Part shown: positions 27,723 to 36,765 of the stretch, piece after piece | Layout of the letters: each line of letters opens with the position of its first letter | How positions within the stretch are numbered: the first letter of the stretch is position 1 | Assembly: GCA_028699255.1 (NCBI GenBank) | Contig: JAQVUX010000002.1 | Location: 107,520 to 171,519 of the forward strand | DNA from: Candidatus Omnitrophota bacterium | GTDB lineage: Bacteria; Omnitrophota; Gorgyraeia; 2-01-FULL-45-10 | DNA length: 64,000 nt | Direction: 5' to 3' | The notes under the pieces: model-generated | Database searches by the model: none | Told to the model about the DNA's origin: nothing | Seen by the model: the letters and a program-made list of their open reading frames with translations, nothing else | Made by a program: the position numbers and the translations under genes

Positions 27723-29192
27723 ATGAATAAAAAATACGATGTGATAATAATCGGTTCCGGGATAGGCGGATTGGCTGTCGCCGGACTTCTGGCGGAGAAA
27801 AAGAAAGTTCTTGTGCTGGAGAAGAATCGTCCTTTGGGCGGATATTGCGCAAGCTTCAAAAGAGGCGACTATCTTTTTGAGTCGGCGGTCCAGGCGATAA
27901 ACGGTCTTTATAAAGGCAGTCCGATATATGATATTCTGAAAAGAACGAGCGCTCTTTCAGCCACGGAGATCGAAAGCCCCAAAGAGTTGTACAGGAGTAT
28001 ATTCCCGGATTACGACATAACTATTCCGCAAAAAGATCTGGCGAAGTATAAAAAGATGCTTTTTTCGTTTTTCCCGAGGGAGAAAGAGAATATCGAATCA
28101 CTTTTCAGCGTAATGGAGTCGCTATATATGGAGATGAGGAGATTTTATCTGGGCGAAGCGCCTAAGAAAAGCCCCTTTATCCTCCGTTATTATAAAAGGT
28201 CCCTCAGAGACCTGCTCGATGAATTCATAAAGGACGATAAGCTTAAGGCCATCATCTCGCAGTACTGGATGTACCGAGGCCTTCCGCCCAGCAAGCTCTC
28301 CGCGATCACTTTCTCATACATATGGTATGACTATACGGCGAACGGCAGTTATTTCCCGCGCGGGGGAATGGAAGACATTATAAAGAGCATGACAGATTTC
28401 ATCAGGAAGAGCGGCGGAGATGTGATGATTGGTTGCGAAGTCGCAAAGATACATGTCGAAAAGGGTGAGGCCTCAGGCGTGGAGCTTAAGAATGGGGATA
28501 GGTTTTCCGCGGATAGCGTTGTTTCGGGCATAGATGTTTTTGGGACATTCGCCATGATCGACGGCGCGGAGAAGACGGCCATCGCCCCATTTTTGAAAAA
28601 GCTTAAGGAGAATGCGATATCGATATCGGCTTTTAAAGTTTATCTTGGCCTTGATGTGGATGTCAGGAGCTTGGGCGTGAAAGATTATGAGATATTCGTA
28701 AATCCTTCATATGACATGGAGTCGATGTACCGATCGTCCGTAGATAATGATTTCCAGGACGCCCCGTATTCGATAACGATATACTCCAACCTGTCCGGCG
28801 CTTTCTGCGGCAAAGGCAAATCCGCTGTTTCCATAGGCATGTTGTCGGGTTACGATTTTTGGAAGGGCTTGTCCCGCACAGAATATAAAAAGAACAAGGA
28901 AGAGGCGCTCGAGACTCTGCTCGGCCGCGCGGAAAAAATAATCCCCGGCTTAAGAAAGCATATAAAAGTCAAAATAGCCGGTACGCCGCTTACAATGGAA
29001 AGATATACCGGCAACAGCCAGGGGTCGATCTACGGCTGGAATAGAAAAAACCTTGCCGACGAAATGCAGTTTATCAATCCCACTACGCCTATAAAAAATC
29101 TTATGCTTGCCAGCCACTGGACAAAGATGGGCGGAGGGATAGGTGGGGTGCTGTTATCGTCGGATCGTGTGAGTAATCTGTTAAAAGGATAA
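27723..29192 (+). CDS. FAD-dependent oxidoreductase, phytoene-desaturase (CrtI) family
   Basis: N-terminal dinucleotide-binding VIIIGSGIGGLAVAGLLAE..LVLEKNRPLGG; COG1233-like length. Confidence 0.8.
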   Translation: MNKKYDVIIIGSGIGGLAVAGLLAEKKKVLVLEKNRPLGGYCASFKRGDYLFESAVQAINGLYKGSPIYDILKRTSALSATEIESPKELYRSIFPDYDITIPQKDLAKYKKMLFSFFPREKENIESLFSVMESLYMEMRRFYLGEAPKKSPFILRYYKRSLRDLLDEFIKDDKLKAIISQYWMYRGLPPSKLSAITFSYIWYDYTANGSYFPRGGMEDIIKSMTDFIRKSGGDVMIGCEVAKIHVEKGEASGVELKNGDRFSADSVVSGIDVFGTFAMIDGAEKTAIAPFLKKLKENAISISAFKVYLGLDVDVRSLGVKDYEIFVNPSYDMESMYRSSVDNDFQDAPYSITIYSNLSGAFCGKGKSAVSIGMLSGYDFWKGLSRTEYKKNKEEALETLLGRAEKIIPGLRKHIKVKIAGTPLTMERYTGNSQGSIYGWNRKNLADEMQFINPTTPIKNLMLASHWTKMGGGIGGVLLSSDRVSNLLKG

Positions 29193-29193
29193 T

Positions 29194-30483
29194 ATGAAAA
29201 GAGTTGTTATTACAGGTATAGGCCCGATGTCTTCCCTGGGCACCGGATGCAAAGAGACGTGGGATTCGATCTTAAGCTCAAGATTGAATCTCGTCAAAGA
29301 GCATTATTCCGTAGGCGGCGAGGAGTGGGGAGAGTTTTATCTGCACAAACTGCGCGATTTTAGCATAGATAAGTTTGACCTGCCGAAGGAAAACTTCAAA
29401 TTTGTAAAAGGATTAAGGACGGTAAAAAAAGAGGATACGGATCTTTATTATCTGCTGGCTGTCATCAAGCTTGCTATAGAGGACAGCAAACTTAAGTACG
29501 ATCTGGAAAATAACGCCATGGGCCTTATCCTGTCGCACGAAAATCCGGGCGTGGAGATATTTTTTGAGGAGCTTATCGATTCACTTTACGATATATTCAA
29601 GACGAATCAGGGCAAAGACGCGACGAAGTTGGAACTCGCGAAAGCCGTATATAACGGCGGATGCGAAGAGCGCGGCTACAATCTGCAGTCATTTTCCTAT
29701 CTATTCTCCGCCGCGAAAGTCTTCGACCTGCACGGATATTCGCTCTTTATCAATAACGCGTGCGCGTCGGGACTATTCGCCATAGAATCGGCGGCGCGGC
29801 AGATAAAGTCCGGTGTTTCGCCGGCCGTTATCGTGGCCGCCGTGGATAATCCGACGAAGATATACAAATATTTGTGGTTTAAGAAGAAAGGCCTTTATGC
29901 CGAGGATGGCATCACGCGTCCGTTTTCAGACGAAGCCAATGGCATTGTTTTCGGAGACGGCGGCGCGGCGCTGGTGTTGGAGGATCTCGAACACGCGAAA
30001 GCGCGTAGCGCGCATATATATGCCGAGTACTTAGGCGGCGGCTTTTCGCTCGAGGGTTGGAAGATAACGGTGCCGGACGTAACAGGCGATTTTTACGCGC
30101 GCTCATTCAGGCAGGCGCTGGAAACCGCCAGGATCAAGCCGGACGATGTCGACTTTGTCAACCCTCACGGGGTCGGCATGAAGATAACCGATATATATGA
30201 GGCGAGGACCATCAACGATGTATTTAAAGGGAAGAAGCCGCTCGTAAGTGCGTTCAAACCGCTGGTCGGGCATAATCTGGGCGGTAGCGCGCTTTTGGAG
30301 AGTGCGATAGCGCTTTTAGCAATGGAAAACAGCCTCGTTCCGGCAACATTGAATTACAAGAGCGGAGCCAATGGCCTGAAAATCGTCAGCAAAAATCAAA
30401 AAGCGGATATAAACGTCATGGCAAAAATGTCATGCGGCTTCGCGGGGTTTAACGGGGTATCGATATTCGGGAAGGTAACATGA
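29194..30483 (+). CDS. Divergent beta-ketoacyl synthase paralog
   Basis: NNACASGL (Cys), NPHGVG and VGHNLGGS (His); long insertions relative to FabF. Confidence 0.75.
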   Translation: MKRVVITGIGPMSSLGTGCKETWDSILSSRLNLVKEHYSVGGEEWGEFYLHKLRDFSIDKFDLPKENFKFVKGLRTVKKEDTDLYYLLAVIKLAIEDSKLKYDLENNAMGLILSHENPGVEIFFEELIDSLYDIFKTNQGKDATKLELAKAVYNGGCEERGYNLQSFSYLFSAAKVFDLHGYSLFINNACASGLFAIESAARQIKSGVSPAVIVAAVDNPTKIYKYLWFKKKGLYAEDGITRPFSDEANGIVFGDGGAALVLEDLEHAKARSAHIYAEYLGGGFSLEGWKITVPDVTGDFYARSFRQALETARIKPDDVDFVNPHGVGMKITDIYEARTINDVFKGKKPLVSAFKPLVGHNLGGSALLESAIALLAMENSLVPATLNYKSGANGLKIVSKNQKADINVMAKMSCGFAGFNGVSIFGKVT

Positions 30484-31046
30484 GAGCATTGATATTGGAT
30501 GGATCGAGAAAAGAAGATAAGGTGCTTGAGAAGGCCCATAATATAATAAAAGAGCGCTTAGAAAAAGATAATTGGGAAGTAAAATCCTTTATCCTGCGAG
30601 ATATTCAGGTGGCACCATGTTTGGGATGTTTTGGTTGTTGGATAAAGACGCCCGGCGTATGCGTCATAAATGACCTCGGGCGGGAAGTGGCTCGTTTGGC
30701 ATCACAAAGCGATATGTGGGTTCTTATTACTCCGGTGATTTTTGGGGGGTATTCCTCGGAATTAAAAAAAGCTATTGATCGAATGATCTGTATCGGGTTG
30801 CCGTTTTTTAATACAGTAAAAAATGAGGTTCGCCATATTCCTAGATATTTGAAGCGTCCTATTCTTGTAGGGTTTGGGTTGCTCGGTGAAGATAATGTGA
30901 GTAGCGCGCCAATATTTAAAGCGCTCGTTGAAAGGAATAGTAATAATTTTCAAAGTGCTTTTAGCCGCAGTGAGATTTTTTTATCAGATGATGATGGGAA
31001 AAACATAGCAAATAAAATTGATAATACGTTATCAGGGGTAATTTAA
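30480..31046 (+). CDS. Iron-sulfur flavoprotein-like NAD(P)H-dependent FMN reductase family protein
   Basis: Flavodoxin-like fold with CLGCFGCWIKTPGVC (Cx2Cx2Cx7C); AT-rich gene. Confidence 0.6.
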   Translation: MRALILDGSRKEDKVLEKAHNIIKERLEKDNWEVKSFILRDIQVAPCLGCFGCWIKTPGVCVINDLGREVARLASQSDMWVLITPVIFGGYSSELKKAIDRMICIGLPFFNTVKNEVRHIPRYLKRPILVGFGLLGEDNVSSAPIFKALVERNSNNFQSAFSRSEIFLSDDDGKNIANKIDNTLSGVI

Positions 31047-31711
31047 TGAATTCATCAAAAAGCGTGCTAATTTTAAATGGTAGTCCAAAGCAAGACGGAG
31101 GAGTTTCGGGTAATATCGGTAATCGTATTTTGAGTTCTTTAGCCGTAAAAGGTATGCGGGGCGTAATGATTCGTATTATTGATGTTGCGGGTTCTAAAGA
31201 AAGATTGGATGTTTTAGTCGATCAGATAAATAATTCGGAAGCCATTATATTATCCTGTCCTTTATATATCGATAGCATACCATCTTATGTTATTCGCGCA
31301 ATAGAGCATATTGGCGAGTCCAGAAAAAAAACAGGTGGAGCTAATGTGCGATTGGCCGTAATTATGCACTGTGGCTTTCCGGAGGCTTTTCATAATGATG
31401 TTGCTATCCGTATATTTCGGCAATTTGCGATAGAGTCAAGATTTGAATGGATTGGCGGTATGGCATTTGGGATGGCACCGATAATTAATAATAAATTAAT
31501 AACTTTTCAGTGTAAAAATATAGATAAAGCGATTAAGTCGATGACCGATGCTATTTACTCAGGTACAGCGATTCCTGAAAAAGCTATTACTCTGATAGCA
31601 AGACCTTTTATGCCAACAATGCTTTATACATGCGTTGGTAATATTCTTTGGCGCATGATAGCTTTTAAGAATAAAGCATTAAAAATTAATGCGACTCCTT
31701 ACGCCAGTTAA
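31046..31711 (+). CDS. Flavodoxin-like NAD(P)H-dependent oxidoreductase family protein
   Basis: VLILNGSPK...ILSCPLY pattern of the FMN-reductase fold. Confidence 0.55.
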   Translation: MNSSKSVLILNGSPKQDGGVSGNIGNRILSSLAVKGMRGVMIRIIDVAGSKERLDVLVDQINNSEAIILSCPLYIDSIPSYVIRAIEHIGESRKKTGGANVRLAVIMHCGFPEAFHNDVAIRIFRQFAIESRFEWIGGMAFGMAPIINNKLITFQCKNIDKAIKSMTDAIYSGTAIPEKAITLIARPFMPTMLYTCVGNILWRMIAFKNKALKINATPYAS

Positions 31712-31752
31712 AAAATGTATTTTCTATAATGTGTAAATAGGGGATTGACAGT

Positions 31753-33918
31753 ATGAATTTATTTTCAATTTTCGGTTTAGTAATAGGGCTTACAACTCTT
31801 TTTTTGGCGGTGCTACTTTTAAGATTTGGAAATATGCGGAACGATTTGCACCGTTCGCTATTCTTACTAAATATAGCTTTGGTAATATGGGGCTTTGGAT
31901 GCATGATGGTTGGAATGTCGGCCGATGCGGCGTCAGCGCTTTTTTGGTGGAAGATAGCGCATATAGGCGGTGTTTTTACCGTTTGTTTTATTTTGGAAAA
32001 TGTATTAGCAGTTACTGAGAGTAAGAAGAGGTGGTTTTTGATTTTTGCATACACAGAAGCATCTCTTTTTCAAGTCTTCTCGTTCTTTGATCTTTTGCAA
32101 GTAAAAATGACGTATGTTTTTAATTCTTTTTACTACATCACTCCAAACGGTATTGTATATCCGATATTCACTTTTTGTTTTCTTTTAGTCTGTTACTATT
32201 CCGCTATTATTTTAGTTACCGCTCTTTGGCATTCGCAAGGTCAAAAACGTTTACAGCTTAAATATCATCTATTTGCATTTTTATTTGGCATAGTTGGTGG
32301 AACGACGCACTTTTTCACAGTTTATTTTCCGAATGTTTTTCCTTACGGGTCATTATTACTTCCCGGATTTCCATTATTGACGACCTATGCAATCCTGAAA
32401 CACAAGTTTTTAAATATCGAAGTAATCATAAAAAAGACTCTCGTTTTTGCAGGGTTATTTGCGTCTGTCTTTGCCATGGTCATTCTGCCGACGCTGATTT
32501 TGCAGGAATATATATTCCGAAGCGCGAGTTTTGGCGGTAAGATACTGGGATTTGCGATAAGCGGCGCTATTATTATCCTGACGATGCGGCGCATCGAGTC
32601 CTTCCTTATAAGCATTACCGATAAATACCTATTCCAGAAGAAATACGATTACAAGGAATTGCTCAAGACATTTACGACTGAGGTATTGACGGTACTGGAT
32701 CTCGACCGGCTCGTGAACCTGACGGTTGATAAGATCGGTGACATCATGAAGATATCTTCCGCATCGGTTCTTCTATTGGATGCGGACAAGGTGCAGTTCG
32801 ATGTCGCGGCATCGCAAGGCATAAAAGATCCGTCAGTCGCTTTATTGAAGTCGGACGCTATAGTAACATTTATGGAGAAGACGCACGGGCACATACTGCT
32901 TTCTGACATGAAAAAGAATAAGATAATAATACCTGCCGCGGTGCAGGCTACCATGGACAGGTTAAACACAGAGCTCATGATCCCTATGATCATGCGCGAA
33001 GAAGTGACGGGCATCCTGTCGCTCGGCAAGAAGAAGTCCGATGAGGAATACACACAGGACGACCTCGACATACTTTTGCCGCTGGCGCGCACTCTCGCCA
33101 TCGCCATATCGAACGCCAAGTTCTTCGACGAGCTCAGCAAAACGCAGGCCGAAGCCGCGCAGAAAGAAAAGATGGCGGTTATCGGTACGCTTTCGGCCGG
33201 GATAAACCATGAGATATGCAATCCTCTCGGCATAGCGCGCGGCCAGTGCGAGGCGTTCCTGCTGAATTTGAAAGACGGCCTCTATAAGTTGAAGACCAAC
33301 GAAGAGCTACTCACTAAAGCCAAAGATATCATGGCGAAGGTCATCCATGAAACCGACCGGGCGACGGCCATCACGAAGAAGCTGTCGCAATTTGCCAAGC
33401 CGGCTAAAGGCGACCTGGAGATAGTCGGTATTGATAAAGAGATTGACGATGTCCTGGGGCTGGTGGATTATGAGCTAAAGCTTGAGAAGATCGAGATAGA
33501 GAAACGGCTTCAGGAAAACCTGCCGAATATCTTTGTCGACAAGAAGCAGTTTCAGGAGGTTTTATTCAACCTGATACGAAACGCAGGGCAGGCGATAGGC
33601 GAGAAGGGCCGGATAATAGTTACCGCCAGGCGTGAGAAGGGAAAAGTATATATCGATATAAAGGATTCGGGCGCAGGTATTCCGCCCGATAAGATAAAAC
33701 AACTGTTCAATCCGTTCTTTACTACCAAGGATCCGGGCAAAGGCACCGGCCTCGGACTTTTCATAGTCCGCCAGGTCATAGAGAAGAACGGCGGCCGCAT
33801 TCGCCTTAAAGAGACTAAGGTCGGCGAAGGCACGACGTTTACTCTGGAATTCCCGGAAGCGAGCCAGGAAGATTATGCAAGCGCAAAGAAAGGAAAAACA
33901 GTTAATGGCAAAACCTAA
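31753..33918 (+). CDS. Sensor histidine kinase: polytopic membrane N-domain, GAF, HisKA, HATPase
   Basis: ~7 TM helices, GAF, H-box INHEICNPLG, then N/G1/G2 boxes (NAGQA, DSGAGIP, GTGLGL). Confidence 0.85.
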   Translation: MNLFSIFGLVIGLTTLFLAVLLLRFGNMRNDLHRSLFLLNIALVIWGFGCMMVGMSADAASALFWWKIAHIGGVFTVCFILENVLAVTESKKRWFLIFAYTEASLFQVFSFFDLLQVKMTYVFNSFYYITPNGIVYPIFTFCFLLVCYYSAIILVTALWHSQGQKRLQLKYHLFAFLFGIVGGTTHFFTVYFPNVFPYGSLLLPGFPLLTTYAILKHKFLNIEVIIKKTLVFAGLFASVFAMVILPTLILQEYIFRSASFGGKILGFAISGAIIILTMRRIESFLISITDKYLFQKKYDYKELLKTFTTEVLTVLDLDRLVNLTVDKIGDIMKISSASVLLLDADKVQFDVAASQGIKDPSVALLKSDAIVTFMEKTHGHILLSDMKKNKIIIPAAVQATMDRLNTELMIPMIMREEVTGILSLGKKKSDEEYTQDDLDILLPLARTLAIAISNAKFFDELSKTQAEAAQKEKMAVIGTLSAGINHEICNPLGIARGQCEAFLLNLKDGLYKLKTNEELLTKAKDIMAKVIHETDRATAITKKLSQFAKPAKGDLEIVGIDKEIDDVLGLVDYELKLEKIEIEKRLQENLPNIFVDKKQFQEVLFNLIRNAGQAIGEKGRIIVTARREKGKVYIDIKDSGAGIPPDKIKQLFNPFFTTKDPGKGTGLGLFIVRQVIEKNGGRIRLKETKVGEGTTFTLEFPEASQEDYASAKKGKTVNGKT

Positions 33919-34288
33919 AATAGTCGCGATAGACGACGAGGCTGATTTCATACAAATGTTGAGGGATTACTTCGAACCACGGGAGTACGAAATAAATGTC
34001 GCGATCCGTGGGGCGCGGGGGATCGAACTGGTTAAAGAGAAACAGCCGGATGTCGTCCTGATGGACCTGAAGATGCCGGGTATCGACGGCGACGAGGTGC
34101 TTAAGCTCATGGCGTCGATGAGCCACGCGCCGAAGATAATATTCATAACGGCGTACGACGACGGCGGTAAGACGAAGGCGCGCCTTCTGGAACTGGGGGC
34201 GTTCGCGTGTCTCGACAAACCGATAGCCTCGTTAAAAGGTCTGGAGGAGATGATTATCCGCGCGGCGGGTAATGTGGTAAATAAGTAG
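33905..34288 (+). CDS. Single-domain response regulator (receiver only)
   Basis: IVAIDDE...LMDLKMPGIDG...K; overlaps the kinase stop by 14 nt; RBS AAGGA. Confidence 0.8.
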   Translation: MAKPKIVAIDDEADFIQMLRDYFEPREYEINVAIRGARGIELVKEKQPDVVLMDLKMPGIDGDEVLKLMASMSHAPKIIFITAYDDGGKTKARLLELGAFACLDKPIASLKGLEEMIIRAAGNVVNK

Positions 34289-34311
34289 CGGTAAGCAGTA
34301 AGGAGGTAGTA

Positions 34312-34668
34312 ATGAAGAAGATACTCGTAGTTGACGATGAGCACGACATATGCGATTTTCTCCAGAGCTTCTTTCAGGAGAGAGGGTATGCCGTGCGGTT
34401 CGCCACGAGCGGAGACTCCGCGCTCGCAATGGTAAAAGAGGAGAGGCCCGACCTGATGCTCCTCGATGTAAAGATGCAGGGTATGGACGGTATCGCGGTG
34501 CTCAAGCACGTCAAGGATATCGATAAACAGATAAAAGTGGTCATGGTTACGGCTCTCGAAGACCAGGATAGGATAGATGAAGCGTGCCGCCTCGGCGCGT
34601 CCGAGTATATCACAAAGCCGCTTGTTCTCGAAAATCTCGAACGCGCGGTTGAGAATAATTTAAAATAA
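34312..34668 (+). CDS. Single-domain response regulator (receiver only)
   Basis: ILVVDDE...LLDVKMQGMDG...KP. Confidence 0.85.
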   Translation: MKKILVVDDEHDICDFLQSFFQERGYAVRFATSGDSALAMVKEERPDLMLLDVKMQGMDGIAVLKHVKDIDKQIKVVMVTALEDQDRIDEACRLGASEYITKPLVLENLERAVENNLK

Positions 34669-34680
34669 CAAAAGGAGAAT

Positions 34681-36051
34681 GTGGTAATGGATAAACCGAA
34701 AAAAGCGCCGAGTTGGGACAAGCTCAATAATCTCTTCGTCGAGAATACCGCGGGCCGCGGCGCCAACCGCATAAATCCGCAAAGCGATCAACAGGACGGC
34801 TCGCCACCGGAGGGCGTTATGCCAAAATACGATTACCAGGCGTTTTTGGAGAAGGCGTCCAGGACGATGATACGCTTCAAAAAGCCCGAACATCTTATAA
34901 AGATGATCGTCCGGACGATCGACGAACAGCTTAAGGTAACGCACACCGCCGTGCTTTTATTTAAAGAACATAAGCATTCCTATATTCTGATAGATTCGAA
35001 GGGCGCGCACGGTGTAAAACTGCCGATAGGTTTTATAAAGCTGGCCGCGGATAATCCTCTCATCAGCGTATTTACCGGGAAGGAAAGTTATCTTATATCC
35101 GAGACGGGTATATTGCGCTCCGACGATGTTATCACCGGCCTGCGAAACCGCGAGATACTCGAGCGCCAGCCGGCGCTTTATGACAAACTGCTTCTCATAA
35201 AGAAGCAGATGGATCTGATAAAGGCGAAGCTGTGCGTACCGTGTTATTTTAAGCGCGAACTCTTGGGCATACTCGTCCTGGGCGAGAAGATATCGGGCGA
35301 GAGTTTCAGCCGCGAGGAGATGGGATTTTTCGTTACGCTTGCCAACGACGCCGCAATGGCCATAGCGAACGCGCTACTTATCGAAAACTTACAGCAAAAG
35401 ATCGACGAGATAAAGGAGCTCTACGTCCGCGAGCACCGCATATTCATACATACGGCGATAGCGATGGCCGCGGCCATAGACGCGCGCGATCCGTACACGC
35501 ACGGACACACGGAGCGCGTTACGACCTACTGTCTGGCGATAGCCAGGGAGCTCGAGGGCATCCCCGAGATGTCGGCATACAAGAATTTCAGGGAGACTCT
35601 GCAGATATCGGCGCTCCTGCATGATATCGGCAAGATCGGCATTCCCGACCACATCCTAAATAAGCACGGCAAGCTTTCGCCGGAGGAGTTCGAGGAGATA
35701 AAGAAGCACTCGATAATCGGCGCGACTATACTGCATCCGATCAAGGAATTGAGCGACGTTGCGAGGGAAGTGCGCCACCATCAGGAGTGTTACGACGGTT
35801 CGGGTTATCCGGACGGGGTGAAGGGCGCGGATATCCCGCTCATCGCCAGGATAATAGCGGTGGCCGATGCTTTCGACGCCATAACTACCGACCGGCCGTA
35901 TAAACGCAGAAAGAGGATCGAGGACGCCCTGCAGGAATTGAAGCGCTGTTCCGGTTCGCAATTTGATCCGGTTATCGTGAGCGCGTTTTTATTGGCTTAT
36001 GAGAAAGGTAATATAATCACAAGTAGTGACCAAACCCCAAGGCTGGGATAA
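34681..36051 (+). CDS. GAF + HD-GYP domain phosphodiesterase (c-di-GMP)
   Basis: HTERVTTY, HDIGKIGIPD, GYP (YDGSGYPDG); GTG 34681 or ATG 34687. Confidence 0.85.
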   Translation: MVMDKPKKAPSWDKLNNLFVENTAGRGANRINPQSDQQDGSPPEGVMPKYDYQAFLEKASRTMIRFKKPEHLIKMIVRTIDEQLKVTHTAVLLFKEHKHSYILIDSKGAHGVKLPIGFIKLAADNPLISVFTGKESYLISETGILRSDDVITGLRNREILERQPALYDKLLLIKKQMDLIKAKLCVPCYFKRELLGILVLGEKISGESFSREEMGFFVTLANDAAMAIANALLIENLQQKIDEIKELYVREHRIFIHTAIAMAAAIDARDPYTHGHTERVTTYCLAIARELEGIPEMSAYKNFRETLQISALLHDIGKIGIPDHILNKHGKLSPEEFEEIKKHSIIGATILHPIKELSDVAREVRHHQECYDGSGYPDGVKGADIPLIARIIAVADAFDAITTDRPYKRRKRIEDALQELKRCSGSQFDPVIVSAFLLAYEKGNIITSSDQTPRLG

Positions 36052-36056
36052 AAGCG

Positions 36057-36608
36057 TTAAGCCGCGGGCGGACAGGATACAGAGACGATCTTCACCTCGC
36101 TATTTCCAAGATTCTTAAAATAGTGAGGTGCGGATGAGTCGAAGTATATAGTGTCGCCCGAACCCAATACGTATTTTTCCTCGCCTATAGCCGCTTCGAT
36201 CCGTCCTTCAATGACGTAAATGAACTTTTCGACGCCGCGCGCATCTTCTTCCGCGCCGGTGCGGCCGTGCTTTGCTATTGTAATGAGGATGGGGAGCATA
36301 TTCTTGTCGCGGACATTTGTCGCGAGTATAATTGACGCGGATTTCTTGTCGTGTATCGAGACCTTAGGCCCGGTTTCTTTTGTTTTTACCTCGACGGTCT
36401 TCTTTGCGGAGGGCAGATCTTTATAGAGATCGGTTATGGTAATGCCTAACGCGTCGCATATATTTATGTGCGATTTTAATGTACCCGTCATCTTGCCGTT
36501 CTCGACCCTGCTCAACGTGGCGAGCGCGACGCCGGATTTCTGCGACAGCTCCGAGAGCGTCATCTTTTCTTCTTTCCTGTATTTATTTATTATCTCTCCG
36601 ACATGCAT
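36057..36608 (-). CDS. XRE-family HTH regulator with C-terminal cupin domain
   Basis: HTH_3 (LSELSQKSGVALATLSRVENG) + cupin_2; the only convincing minus-strand gene. Confidence 0.8.
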   Translation of the reverse strand: MHVGEIINKYRKEEKMTLSELSQKSGVALATLSRVENGKMTGTLKSHINICDALGITITDLYKDLPSAKKTVEVKTKETGPKVSIHDKKSASIILATNVRDKNMLPILITIAKHGRTGAEEDARGVEKFIYVIEGRIEAAIGEEKYVLGSGDTIYFDSSAPHYFKNLGNSEVKIVSVSCPPAA

Positions 36609-36704
36609 ATATTATAGCTCCTATTTTTATGAACCAATTATACTACTCTTTTGTGGATTTGTCAAGTCATGAAACAATCAAACTTGATAAAAAGTAAAAA
36701 AGAT

Positions 36705-36733
36705 TTGACAAAATCGGAATTGCATGATATATT
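36705..36733 (+). promoter_or_regulatory. Promoter AAAGATTTGACAA-17-TATATT for the giant repeat-protein gene
   Basis: -35 at 36705-36710, -10 at 36728-36733; a TCAAGT/ACTTGA palindrome lies upstream at 36663-36687. Confidence 0.4.
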
Positions 36734-36765
36734 TCTTATGCTTGGTAGCGAGGATGGTCAAAATC

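Noticed and set aside
23631-31711. Aryl-polyene (APE) or housekeeping FAS interpretation of the KS/KR/ACP/DH cluster
   Set aside because: No ammonia-lyase, thioesterase, acyltransferase or MMPL/LolA export genes typical of APE clusters. No fabD/fabH/fabI for housekeeping FAS. A CrtI-like enzyme and Isf-like flavoproteins are not APE components. Kept as an unclassified FAS-like BGC.
36724-36765. ORF-track start (36724) for the giant FG-GAP protein
   Set aside because: It overlaps the -10 box at 36728-36733. ATG 36766 has a GAGGATGG RBS and yields a canonical signal peptide (MRRINFLIVCALTCIVIAG).
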